Below are positions 40,128 to 49,811 of a DNA stretch of 64,000 nt, piece after piece (position 1 is the stretch's first letter; every line of letters begins with the position of its first letter). Where the stretch lies: the NCBI GenBank assembly GCA_034530875.2, contig JAVRCJ020000029.1, forward strand, positions 29,910-93,909, given 5' to 3'. A program made the position numbers and the translations under genes. The notes beneath the pieces are model-generated. The model made no database searches and had not been told where the DNA came from. It was given only the letters and a program-made list of their open reading frames with translations. The DNA comes from Nostoc sp. DedSLP01 (lineage in GTDB: Bacteria; Cyanobacteriota; Cyanobacteriia; Cyanobacteriales; Nostocaceae).

Positions 40128-40261
40128 TAGAACTCATATTTGATTTGGTGAAAAAATATCAGTACACCCAAACAAGGCTTCTTTCCCACTCCCTACTCCC
40201 TACTCCCCATTCCCTACTCCCTGCCTACACAAATAATTTCAGTAATCAAACCGGATTCCTA
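40128..40261. mobile_element. TA-flanked MITE, second copy, with expanded (CTCCCTA)n STRR tract
   Basis: Collinear with 32485-32597. Confidence 0.75.
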
Positions 40262-40671
40262 TATTAAGAGTTCCCTATTCCCTACCTCAATGAAAAATTT
40301 CACAACTTATTTAGCAATGCTCTATATTGAGCCAGTTATTTAGATAAATTTGCTTATCATTAATTTAATTTATCCTTTTGACAATAAAGAATATTTGATT
40401 ATATTGAAAAACTTGTTTACCCTGAAATTACTAGTAATTTGAAATTTAATAAAATTACTAATTTATATTCGCTATATTTGAAATTAGAGAAATAGATAAC
40501 GATTAATTTATTATCTAGCTATAAAGCGTCTTTTGTTTCTGTATTCTCAATTCTACGGTATGAGCTAAGTACAATTTTCAAACCAGCTTTAAAAGAGAAA
40601 ATCAACAAAAATATTGCCAAACTATCATAAAGATTTGCACGCCAGATTTGTCTATAAATTTACTAACTGTA

Positions 40672-40974
40672 ATGAATATTAAATTTCTCCAAATTACTGT
40701 AGTGTTGTTAGTACTTGTGAGTAACTTAGTAGTTGCTTCTCCGACTTGGGCAAAAACAGCACCTTCCTTAATTAGCAATACTGACAACTTTGAAGTAGGT
40801 CAAAAAGTCATTTGGCTTTACAAGGCTCGTGGTGATTCTGCCAATATCCAAAAAATTCCCGCAGAAGTAGTTAAGTTAGGTTCCAAGGAAGTGCAAATCA
40901 AGGTACACAAAACTAAAAACGAATTTGTGAATCGTTGGGTAAATCCAAACAAGCTAGAAAATGTTCGTCAATAG
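40672..40974 (+). CDS. Small secreted protein, possible SH3-like barrel
   Basis: Signal peptide (SPTWA-K); FEVGQKVIW...PAEVVKL...VQIKV...RWV. Confidence 0.7.
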   Translation: MNIKFLQITVVLLVLVSNLVVASPTWAKTAPSLISNTDNFEVGQKVIWLYKARGDSANIQKIPAEVVKLGSKEVQIKVHKTKNEFVNRWVNPNKLENVRQ

Positions 40975-40986
40975 GGAAAAGTCAAC

Positions 40987-41120
40987 CTGACTTTTCACGG
41001 TAAGTCCTCAAACCCTCATTAAGGCTCTTGGTAGGGGGTAGGGTGTAGGGTGTAGGGAAAACAAGAAAGCCTGACTACACCCCACACCCTCTGACTTTTC
41101 CACATACCGTGAAAAGTCAG
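40987..41120. mobile_element. 134-bp MITE, perfect 16-bp TIR, perfect 10-bp TSD
   Basis: CTGACTTTTCACGGTA ... TACCGTGAAAAGTCAG; AAAAGTCAAC at 40977-40986 and 41121-41130. Confidence 0.92.
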
Positions 41121-41142
41121 AAAAGTCAACTTAACACCAAAC

Positions 41143-41382
41143 GGGCGGTTAGAAACCGCATCTACACAAACAAAACCCACCTGCGTGGGTTTCAAAACCT
41201 TAATTTTCTGTTAGTCCGCGCACCATCCGGACGAAAGCCTGTGTAGCCAAGCCACTGCGCCCTTGCGTTTACCGACTTGTTCGCCCTTGGCGTTCCCGTT
41301 CCCTCGTTCGCTTTAGCGTCTCCGAAGGAGAAGAGGGTTAAGGCAGGGTAGGGTAGCAAGTGGCGCGCGAATTCTATTCGCC
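41143..41382. repeat. Palindromic dispersed repeat interrupted by nested very small repeats
   Basis: Homologous to 25377-25498 with ~115 extra bp at 41249-41365. Confidence 0.8.
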
Positions 41383-41385
41383 ACG

Positions 41386-41474
41386 CAATACTGGGAAAAG
41401 GGTAAGGGAAAAAGGGAAAAGGTTTGAAATTATCCTTTTCCCTTTTCCCTTTCCCCTTTAACCGAACCGTATTG
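41386..41474. mobile_element. MITE remnant CAATAC...TAACCGAACCGTATTG with perfect 10-bp TSD
   Basis: ATTCGCCACG at 41376-41385 and 41475-41484; left TIR reduced to 6 bp. Confidence 0.8.
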
Positions 41475-41550
41475 ATTCGCCACGGCTGAAGTTGACACCA
41501 ATGCACAGCTGTAAGTGCGATCGCCAAAGAAAACTCAAGCGATCGCTACT

Positions 41551-43071
41551 CTATCGACTTTGAACTATAGACTCTTGACGAGACTTTTCCCAGTCTGGAA
41601 GTTCTACTTTGTTAGCCTTAGAGTTTGCTACCCAATCAAGGCACAGTTGACGGAAACGATCGCCCCGCACCTCAAAATTCGGGTACTGGTCGAAACTCGC
41701 GCAAGCCGGAGATAGCAAAACTACAGAAGCTTGATGCTGCTTGGCTAATTCGGCCGATCTGGGGATTGCCTTTTCCATAGTTTCCACAATTTCGTAATTG
41801 TCATACCCTACTTTTTGCAGACGTTGAGCAAATGCAGGTGCGGCAGAGCCAATTAATAATACAGCAGCAGTTTTATTTTGAATTTGTGCCAGCCAAGCAG
41901 TATCATCACCTGCTTTTGCTTCTCCACCGGCAATTAAAATCGCTGGACTGTTTACCGATGCCAAACCAACTTCGGCAGCATCGTAGTTAGTGGCTTTGCT
42001 ATCGTTAATAAAATCAATACCTTCCCAAGTGCAGATATGTTCTAAACGATGGGCAACTCCAGGAAATTCGCTAATTGCACGAGCGATCGCATCGGCATTA
42101 ATTCCCGCTAACCGCGCCGTTGCTACTGCCATCAAGAGATTTTGCTGGTTATGCTCTCCCACCATCCGCAAAGCAGAGACTTTCACAATCCGTTGTGGTG
42201 CAGAGGTAGCAGTTAACTTTTCCACAACCCAGCCGTCTTGTATATAAAAGCCTTTTTCGCTAATTAGGGAATCTTTGCCTTTGGCACTCGTCCAATAAGC
42301 ATTCGGCCAAGCACTCAAACCCAGCTTGCTCAAGTAAACATCGTCGCCATTAAATACTTGTAACTCAGACTGGTTCAATAACTTGGCTTTGATGTTGTAG
42401 TAATTTTCTAAAGTTTTATGCCGCGCCAAATGATCCGGCGTGAAAGTCGTCCACACACCGATCCGAGGTGCAACAGACGTTGAAGATTCTATTTGATAGC
42501 TGCTAATCTCAGCAATTATCCAATCAAGAGAATTTTGGATTTTAGATTTTGGATTTTGGATTGGAGTTTCCTCCCCTGCTCCCCCTGCTTCCCCTGCTCC
42601 TCTTCCCTTCCAAGACAGGGCAACTTCACAAGCAGCGTAGCCAATATTACCGCAGGCGGGTGCATTTAAGCCTGCTGCTTGGAAAATGGCAGCGATTAAA
42701 GCTGTGGTAGTAGTTTTCCCGTTAGTGCCAGTAATTCCTACCCAAGGCAAAGGTTGCAAATATCGCCAGGCGAGTTCCATTTCGCCGATAGTTTCAATCC
42801 CTAGTTCTCGTGCCTGATTTAATACAGGAATGTCCCAAGGCACGCCGGGACTAACGACTATTAATTGAGGTAAATTAGCACCATTGAAGTCTGGGGATTG
42901 ACCGAGTTTAACGGTTATATCTTCAGCAGCGAGTTCTTGTTGTTGTTGGAGGAGGGTTTCGGAGGTGTTGCGTGCGGAATCGCTCAGTTCCACCTCCCAA
43001 CCTTCCCGTTTCAACAATCTCGCCGCAGCAACACCGGACTTTCCTAATCCAATTACATGAGCTTTGGACAT
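41551..43071 (-). CDS. murD: UDP-N-acetylmuramoyl-L-alanine--D-glutamate ligase
   Basis: [59 protein letters not shown] 43071 preferred. Confidence 0.97.
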   Translation of the reverse strand: MSKAHVIGLGKSGVAAARLLKREGWEVELSDSARNTSETLLQQQQELAAEDITVKLGQSPDFNGANLPQLIVVSPGVPWDIPVLNQARELGIETIGEMELAWRYLQPLPWVGITGTNGKTTTTALIAAIFQAAGLNAPACGNIGYAACEVALSWKGRGAGEAGGAGEETPIQNPKSKIQNSLDWIIAEISSYQIESSTSVAPRIGVWTTFTPDHLARHKTLENYYNIKAKLLNQSELQVFNGDDVYLSKLGLSAWPNAYWTSAKGKDSLISEKGFYIQDGWVVEKLTATSAPQRIVKVSALRMVGEHNQQNLLMAVATARLAGINADAIARAISEFPGVAHRLEHICTWEGIDFINDSKATNYDAAEVGLASVNSPAILIAGGEAKAGDDTAWLAQIQNKTAAVLLIGSAAPAFAQRLQKVGYDNYEIVETMEKAIPRSAELAKQHQASVVLLSPACASFDQYPNFEVRGDRFRQLCLDWVANSKANKVELPDWEKSRQESIVQSR

Positions 43072-43154
43072 AGATTGCAGCAGAGGGCCCTGGTTAAGCA
43101 CTCCCTATACTAACGCTTATTAGCAAAAATTACACAATTTTTTGTTGACCTACG

Positions 43155-45341
43155 CTACAGATTTTTGACAATTGCCCCGAAATCAGCTAGGACACGGGCA
43201 TGATTGCGAACTAATCCCAAAAGATGTAATCGATTACGCTTAATTTCTGGATCGGGATCCATGACTAAAACGCTATCTGCCCCGTCAAAAAAGTTACTAA
43301 CCGTAGGAGCAATTTTTGTGAGGGCTGCTACTAACAGTTGATAATTTCTGGTTTCTTGTGCGGCTTGAGTTTCTGGCACTAATTCGACTAAGGCGTTATA
43401 CAAAGCCGCTTCGGAAGGCTTTTGGAATAGTTCTTCACGGATGACGGCTTTTGGTTCTAGCTGTTTTGTATCCAAATCGCCTTGAGCAGCTAGGCGTGTA
43501 GAACGGTTGACGGTTTCGTAGATCGTATCTAAGATACTGTCATTGCGAATTTGTTGCAGATATAAGGCGCGATCGCGTACATCTAACAAATCCTTTAATG
43601 CCCTTTCTGTATATTCTGGGTCATTTTCTCCCAAAACTGCATTCACCAAATCGTAATCAATCTGTTTTTCTTCTTGCAGCAAAGTGCGGATACGTTGCAA
43701 GAAAAATTCTTGTAATGCTGCGGTTAATGATGCCCGATCCTTTTGATATTTCTCTGCAAAATCTGTTGCTATTTGCAACAGCAATTCATCTAAATTTATT
43801 GGTAAATTGGCAAACCAAGTAATTTTTACAACCGCATTAGCAGCACGTCGTAAAGCAAAGGGATCGGAAGAACCGGAAGGAATTAAACCTAAACCAAAGA
43901 TACTCACCAAAGTATCTAATCTATCTGCTAAACCGACAATTTGACCTGTAAGTGTATCTGGTAAATTGTCACCTGCTCCTGTTGGCAAATAATGTTGGAA
44001 AATTGCTTTTGCGACTTCGCTATCTTCACCGCTAGCTAAGGCGTATTTTTCTCCCATAATGCCCTGCAATTCCGGGAATTCATATACCATTTGCGTAACC
44101 AAATCTGCTTTACATAATAAAGCAGCACGTTGGATTTTTTGGCTTTGATTTGCTGCTAATTTTAATTGAGTAGTAATTTGCTCGGCAATCTTAACAACTC
44201 TATCTACTTTGATACGCAAAGAACCCAATTCTTCTTGGAAAGTGACTGTTTCTAATTTAGGTAAAAAGCTTTCTAAAGGCTTGGTTAAATCGGATTCGTA
44301 GAAAAACCTGCCATCAGCTAATCTGGCACGAATCACTCTCTCATTACCAACTGCAACAATATTTGATTTTTCGGGGTTAGCGTTAGAAATTGTGATGAAA
44401 TTCGGTAATAATTCTTGTTCTTGGCTACCAGATTTAAATACAGGAAAATAACGCTGATGAGTTACCATCACTTCTGTAACTACTTCAGTTGGTAATTCCA
44501 AAAATTCTGGTTCAAATTTACCCACAACTGCGGAAGGATATTCTACTAGGTTAGTTACTTCTTCTAATAGGTCGGAGTAAATTACCGTATATCCATTTAG
44601 TTTTTCGGCTACTTTATTGACTTCTTCTGTAATTAAATTTGCCCGTTCTTCTGGGTCAACGTTAACGTAGGCTTCTTTGAGGGTGGTAACATAATCTGTA
44701 GCCTGGGCAATTGTCACAGATTTAGGATGTAAAACGCGATGACCTTGGGAAATGCGATCGCTGTGAATCGTTTTAGAACCATTCACCAATTCTAAAGGCA
44801 GCACCGCATCATTTAATAAAGCCACCAACCAACGAATTGGCCGGGAAAATCTCGCATCTCCATCGCCCCAACGCATCAACCGCTTACCTTCCAAGCCCCA
44901 AATCCACTGAGGAACAAGTTCTGTCAACAGTTCCGCCACAGGACGACCGGGAATTCTTCTTTGCACAAACACAAAATCCCCTTTATCAGTCGGGCGAACG
45001 GATAAAGCCTCTATTTCCACACCCTGCTTTTTGGCAAAGCCTAGTGCTGCTGGCGTCGGTTGACCATCTTTAAAAGCCGCAGCAGCAGGAGGCCCTTTAA
45101 TTTCTTCTTCCCGGTCTGGTTGCTGGGATGGTAAACCTGTAATCAGTACCGCCAAACGCCTTGGAGTACCGTACACCTTGACACTTTCACTCTTGAGGCT
45201 GTTTTCTGCCAAACTTCGGGGAATGCGTTCTTGCCATTGCGCTAAAGCACCACTAAGAAAATTCGCAGGTAGTTCTTCTGTACCAATTTCTAATAAAAAC
45301 GCTAAATCTGCTGATTGTTCGATATTTTTGGCTTGAATCAT
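43155..45341 (-). CDS. glyS: Glycine--tRNA ligase beta subunit
   Basis: [50 protein letters not shown]. Confidence 0.97.
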   Translation of the reverse strand: MIQAKNIEQSADLAFLLEIGTEELPANFLSGALAQWQERIPRSLAENSLKSESVKVYGTPRRLAVLITGLPSQQPDREEEIKGPPAAAAFKDGQPTPAALGFAKKQGVEIEALSVRPTDKGDFVFVQRRIPGRPVAELLTELVPQWIWGLEGKRLMRWGDGDARFSRPIRWLVALLNDAVLPLELVNGSKTIHSDRISQGHRVLHPKSVTIAQATDYVTTLKEAYVNVDPEERANLITEEVNKVAEKLNGYTVIYSDLLEEVTNLVEYPSAVVGKFEPEFLELPTEVVTEVMVTHQRYFPVFKSGSQEQELLPNFITISNANPEKSNIVAVGNERVIRARLADGRFFYESDLTKPLESFLPKLETVTFQEELGSLRIKVDRVVKIAEQITTQLKLAANQSQKIQRAALLCKADLVTQMVYEFPELQGIMGEKYALASGEDSEVAKAIFQHYLPTGAGDNLPDTLTGQIVGLADRLDTLVSIFGLGLIPSGSSDPFALRRAANAVVKITWFANLPINLDELLLQIATDFAEKYQKDRASLTAALQEFFLQRIRTLLQEEKQIDYDLVNAVLGENDPEYTERALKDLLDVRDRALYLQQIRNDSILDTIYETVNRSTRLAAQGDLDTKQLEPKAVIREELFQKPSEAALYNALVELVPETQAAQETRNYQLLVAALTKIAPTVSNFFDGADSVLVMDPDPEIKRNRLHLLGLVRNHARVLADFGAIVKNL

Positions 45342-46091
45342 CTATTTTCTACACAAAAGATATGCAATATTTATCCAGATAAGTGTATAGCAATATTTGT
45401 ATGTATAGTTTGATACTTAATTGCTACACAGGCTTTTCTACCACCAAAATTATATAACTCAATAGATATATCAAAGGCTCAAAAAACCTATCAACCCCTT
45501 CGGGGCGGCTGTGGTTTGTGGAGAAAAATAATCTAGCCCTGAATCATCGATAGAATAAACGGCTTTCGATTTAAGAAAAACATTCAGGCGGCGAAAGGCA
45601 AGACTCTTTTTATATCCCTTTTCCCTTTTTCCTTTAACCTTTTCCCCTCCAGTTGATTCTTGAATACATAACGCAACATACCGCTTAACTTCATGTGCCA
45701 CTTTCTAAGGCGGAATGTGAGTTTTATGCAGGAAATTAAATATAATGCTACAATCCCCTAAGCGTAAATTTAGGTATTATATTTTTCTTTTAAACTAGTA
45801 AAAAGTTATTACGCGTATGGTACAAGACTCAAATTCAGCCGACAGTTAATACTAGTAGCTGATAACTATACGATACAGGATTTTATCCAAGTAAAAAAAT
45901 TGAGAATTAATAATTAATAACTGTTAAAATCCACATAGAAAATTTATTAATAGTGTCGAGCGCAATTACGATCTAAAAAAATCATAATCTGCTCCCAACT
46001 TAAATTAAATCATATAAAATACCAGCCCATAGTGAGATTAAGAATCACTCCATTCATCTGCGGCTATCTTCACAAGTTTTATCAGTAGCTC

Positions 46092-47411
46092 ATGCACATT
46101 TTGATCTATTCCTACAACTATCATCCGGAGCCGATTGGAATTGCTCCCTTAATGACGGAATTGGCAGAAGGACTAGTAGCGCGAGGTCACCAAGTGCGGG
46201 CTATTACCGCAATGCCCAACTATCCCGAGCGCCGGATTTACGATGAGTATCGGGGTAAATGGTACGTTACTGAAGAGAAAAATGGCGTCACAATCCAACG
46301 AAGTTACGTGCGAATTAAGTCTAAACCTAACGTTGTAGACAGATTATTATTGGAGTTGAGCTTTGTTTTCACCAGTTTGCCGCAAGTGATTAAAGGCGAA
46401 CGTCCAGATGCTATTCTCTTAACAGTTCCCCCTCTATTAGGCATCTTACCAGCAACAATATTTAGTTGGTTGTATAACTGCCCGTTAGTTCTAAATGTCC
46501 AAGATATTTTACCAGAAGCTGCTGTGCGTATTGGGCTACTGAAAAATAAATTTACGATCCGAATTCTTGCAGCTTTAGAAAAATTTGCCTATCGGACTGC
46601 ACACAGTATAAGTGTTATTGCCGATGGGTTTAGTGAGAATTTAGTGAGTAAGGGAGTACCTATTAATAAAATTGTTTGTATTCCCAATTGGGTGAATATA
46701 AATTTCATCCGTCCTTTGCCGAATCACAATAACTCTTGGAGATATACACATCAGCTAGATGGTAAATTTGTAGTTCTTTATTCCGGGAACATTGCCTTAA
46801 CACAAGGTTTAGAGACAGTTATTGAAGCAGCAGTTTGCTTGCGCCATATTAAAGATATTGTGTTTGTAATTGTCGGTGAAGCTAAAGCATTGCAAAGGTT
46901 GCAGGAATATTGTCTCTTACATGGAGCAGATAATGTTTTGCTGCTACCCTTGCAACCACGAGAAAAATTACCAGAAATGCTAGCAGCAGCCGATGTGGGG
47001 CTGATTGTGCAAAAAAGCAATGTGATTTCGTTTAATATGCCTTCAAAAATACCGCTGCTATTGGCGAGTGGTCAGCCGATTGTGGGTTCAGTTCCGGCCT
47101 CTGGTAGTGCAGCTAGAGCGATCGCACTTAGTGGTGGTGGCATCATTGTAGAACCAGAATCACCCCATGCTTTAGCAGATGCAGTACAAAATTTATATAA
47201 AAATCCTACCCTAGCAGCAAAGCTAGGCCACACAGGCAGACAGTTCGCCGAAGCCAATTATTCCTTAGAGCAAGCACTCGATCGCTATGAATGGCTGCTT
47301 ACTCATATTCTTGCCAATCAAAAATCACTTGGAAGCATATTACCAATGAAAGCAGGAAGCAGGGGGCAGGAGGCAGAAGGCAGGGGAAAACTAATGACCA
47401 ATGACCAATGA
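46092..47411 (+). CDS. Glycosyltransferase family 4 (WcaI-like)
   Basis: YNYHPEPIGI, PNYP, VQDILPE, IPNWV, YSGN...QGLE, MPSKI; C-terminal tail is repeat-derived. Confidence 0.9.
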   Translation: MHILIYSYNYHPEPIGIAPLMTELAEGLVARGHQVRAITAMPNYPERRIYDEYRGKWYVTEEKNGVTIQRSYVRIKSKPNVVDRLLLELSFVFTSLPQVIKGERPDAILLTVPPLLGILPATIFSWLYNCPLVLNVQDILPEAAVRIGLLKNKFTIRILAALEKFAYRTAHSISVIADGFSENLVSKGVPINKIVCIPNWVNINFIRPLPNHNNSWRYTHQLDGKFVVLYSGNIALTQGLETVIEAAVCLRHIKDIVFVIVGEAKALQRLQEYCLLHGADNVLLLPLQPREKLPEMLAAADVGLIVQKSNVISFNMPSKIPLLLASGQPIVGSVPASGSAARAIALSGGGIIVEPESPHALADAVQNLYKNPTLAAKLGHTGRQFAEANYSLEQALDRYEWLLTHILANQKSLGSILPMKAGSRGQEAEGRGKLMTNDQ

Positions 47412-47703
47412 CTAATAACTAATATAAAATCACCCGATCGGGTGACCTAAGTGTAGGAAGTTGAGATAGTTCCATAAAGAGGATTCTAGGTAAACAACAA
47501 TAATTGTCCTTCTTTACTTGGTGGGGATAACTCTATGAAACTGCCAATCTTGGTTAATAGAAGTGAATTAAGTAGCGATCGCTTCGTACCTTTTCTGCCT
47601 TGAGATCGATAGTCAGTATTGATTAACAGCGGTAAACTCTCTTTTAGCATTACCAATCCTCTTGAGTATGTAGCTATAATGCAACCGAATACTTACACAA
47701 ATA

Positions 47704-47721
47704 TGCAAGTAAGTGCTTGCA
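47704..47721. promoter_or_regulatory. Palindrome TGCAAG-N6-CTTGCA downstream of TATAAT (47675-47680), candidate efflux-operon operator
   Basis: 6-bp perfect arms upstream of the RND pair. Confidence 0.35.
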
Positions 47722-47929
47722 AACACTAACGAAAAACCTGGCATTAGGTTACTCGTCTGACTCGATCCGAAATTGACAAATTACCGCTTCGCTTGAACAA
47801 CTGGTTGTGTACTAAAAGGTGAGGAGAAGGTTACAGTGCGCTCAGATATTGATTTGAAATCATCTTTGCATAGTTTTGCAGGTATGTTGCTTTGCCTGAG
47901 AGATAGAGAAGAGGTCTAGGTTAGGTGAG

Positions 47930-48045
47930 ATAGGGAGTAGAGGAAGCAGAGGGAGCAGAGGGAGCAGAGGGAAGAACGAGAATTTATGCTTCCCACACCT
48001 CCCACACCTCCCACACCCCCCCATTTCCCTACTCCCCCCCTTGTC
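47930..48045. repeat. Composite 9-mer tandem repeats (GCAGAGGGA)n / (CTCCCACAC)n
   Basis: Similar composite with shared core GAGAATTTATGC at 49685-49800. Confidence 0.75.
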
Positions 48046-48107
48046 CTCTTCTTCGTTGACAGAAATAAGATTGCTCAAGCCTAAATCCACAAGACGAGAA
48101 AACGAAA

Positions 48108-49685
48108 ATGTCCCATTCTGAGTTCCCTGAATCTTCCCTTCCCATTGAAACAGAACAGCCTGCTGTTGTTGATTCGAGTCAAGAGTCGGCATCGTTGCCA
48201 AAGCGATCGCCGAAATCACCTCAAAAGAAACGTTGGCCTTTGGTGTTAGGAATTGTTTTGGCGATCGCAGGTATTGGTTTTGGTTGGCGTTGGTGGCAAA
48301 CTAGCAGTGCCAGTAATGGAGCATCGGCTAATCAGGCAGCTAGTCAGCCGGGAATACCCGTGAAGCTAGCGACTGTAGAAACACAAACTATGCAAGAAAG
48401 TTCGCAGTTTCTTGGCTCCTTAGAAGCTCCGCGTTCAGTAACGATCAAGCCACAGATTGATGGACGAATCACCCAGATTTTTGTCAACGAGGGTAACCGA
48501 GTCAAACAAGGGCAAGTGCTTGTGACCTTGCAAAGCGATGATGCTCAAGCTCAGTTATTGCAAGCTAGAGGTACGCTCCAGCAAGCTCAAGCGCGTCTTG
48601 CCGAACTAGTAGCAGGTACGCGTTCTGAAGAAATAGCTCAAGCCAGAGCGCAGTTAGCCCAAGCCCAAGCTCGTCTTAAAGACGCGCAAGCGGGAGCGCA
48701 ACCAGAAGAAATTGCTCAGGCTGAAGCTCAAATAGAGTCAGAAAAATCTGATGTGGAACTGGCACGTTCGCGAGCCAAGCGATACGAGCAATTGAGAAAA
48801 GAGGGTGCAGTTTCCCAAGATTTGTTAGAAGGATATGTTAAAGAACAGCGGAGTGCTGAAGCTGCCCTAGTGGTAGCCCAGAAACGTTTAGGCCAACTCA
48901 AAAAGAGTAGAAACTCTGATATCAACGAGTTAGCTGCTGCCGTAGAACAACAGCAACAGAACTTGAGACAACTACAAAATGGTTCGCGTCCAGAAGAAAT
49001 TGCCCAAGCGCGATCGCAAGTGACTCAAGCCGCCGCCCAAGTCCAAGCAGCCCAAGTCCAACTGCAATACACAAAAGTCCTAGCTCCTTTTACTGGCATT
49101 GTCGGCGATATTCCCACAAAAGTCGGAGATTACGTCCAAAGAGCAGACCAACTGACCACATTAACTAGGAATGATTCATTAGAACTAAATATTGCCGTTC
49201 CCCTAGAACAAGCCAAAAAACTGCGCTTGGGATTACCCGTGCAAATGCTAGACGCCCAAGGCAAAGCCATAGCCACAGGTAAAGTCAGCTTCATCTCTCC
49301 AGATGCAAGCTTAGATTCCCAGACAGTTTTAGCTAAAGCCAACTTTGGCAATTCTAGAAGTCAACTGCTGAATCGCCAATCAGTGCAAACCAAAGTGATT
49401 TGGGACGAACGCCCTGGTATTTTAATTCCCGTCACAGCAATATCTCGTCTGGGTGGAGAGACATTTGTATTTGTGGCTGAAGCACCAGCACAAGACTCTA
49501 AACCCGGAGCGCCAAAATTGGTAGCTCAACAAAAGCCAGTGAAGCTGGGAGCTATTGAGGGCAATAATTATCAAGTTATCGAAGGATTAAAAGCAGGCGA
49601 CAAAATAGTTGTTTCTGGTATTCTCAACCTTACTAATGGTGCTGCGATCGCTCCTGCACCCGAAACAGTCGGTAGTCGGAATTAG
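48108..49685 (+). CDS. RND efflux periplasmic adaptor (AcrA/HlyD family) with extended alpha-hairpin
   Basis: TM anchor, IKPQIDGRI, EGNRVKQGQVL, repeated G.RPEEIAQA, APFTGIVG, GLKAGDKIVVSG. Confidence 0.92.
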   Translation: MSHSEFPESSLPIETEQPAVVDSSQESASLPKRSPKSPQKKRWPLVLGIVLAIAGIGFGWRWWQTSSASNGASANQAASQPGIPVKLATVETQTMQESSQFLGSLEAPRSVTIKPQIDGRITQIFVNEGNRVKQGQVLVTLQSDDAQAQLLQARGTLQQAQARLAELVAGTRSEEIAQARAQLAQAQARLKDAQAGAQPEEIAQAEAQIESEKSDVELARSRAKRYEQLRKEGAVSQDLLEGYVKEQRSAEAALVVAQKRLGQLKKSRNSDINELAAAVEQQQQNLRQLQNGSRPEEIAQARSQVTQAAAQVQAAQVQLQYTKVLAPFTGIVGDIPTKVGDYVQRADQLTTLTRNDSLELNIAVPLEQAKKLRLGLPVQMLDAQGKAIATGKVSFISPDASLDSQTVLAKANFGNSRSQLLNRQSVQTKVIWDERPGILIPVTAISRLGGETFVFVAEAPAQDSKPGAPKLVAQQKPVKLGAIEGNNYQVIEGLKAGDKIVVSGILNLTNGAAIAPAPETVGSRN

Positions 49686-49800
49686 GGGAAGCAGGGGAGA
49701 TGGGGGAGTGTGGGGAGAAAGAGAATTTATGCCTCCCACACCTCCCACACCTCCCACACCTCCTCATGCCCCATACCCAATACCAAATACCAAATACCAA
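49685..49800. repeat. Composite tandem repeats between the adaptor and permease genes
   Basis: (CCTCCCACA)3 and (ACCAAAT)n. Confidence 0.7.
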
Positions 49801-49811
49801 TTTTCTAAACT

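Noticed and set aside
43155..45341. glyS without adjacent glyQ as an anomaly
   Set aside because: Separation of the two subunit genes is ordinary in cyanobacteria.
45471..45701. 76-aa ORF or structured RNA with a CCC-TTCG-GGG hairpin
   Set aside because: The ORF is partly STRR-derived and the stems are too short to support an RNA gene.
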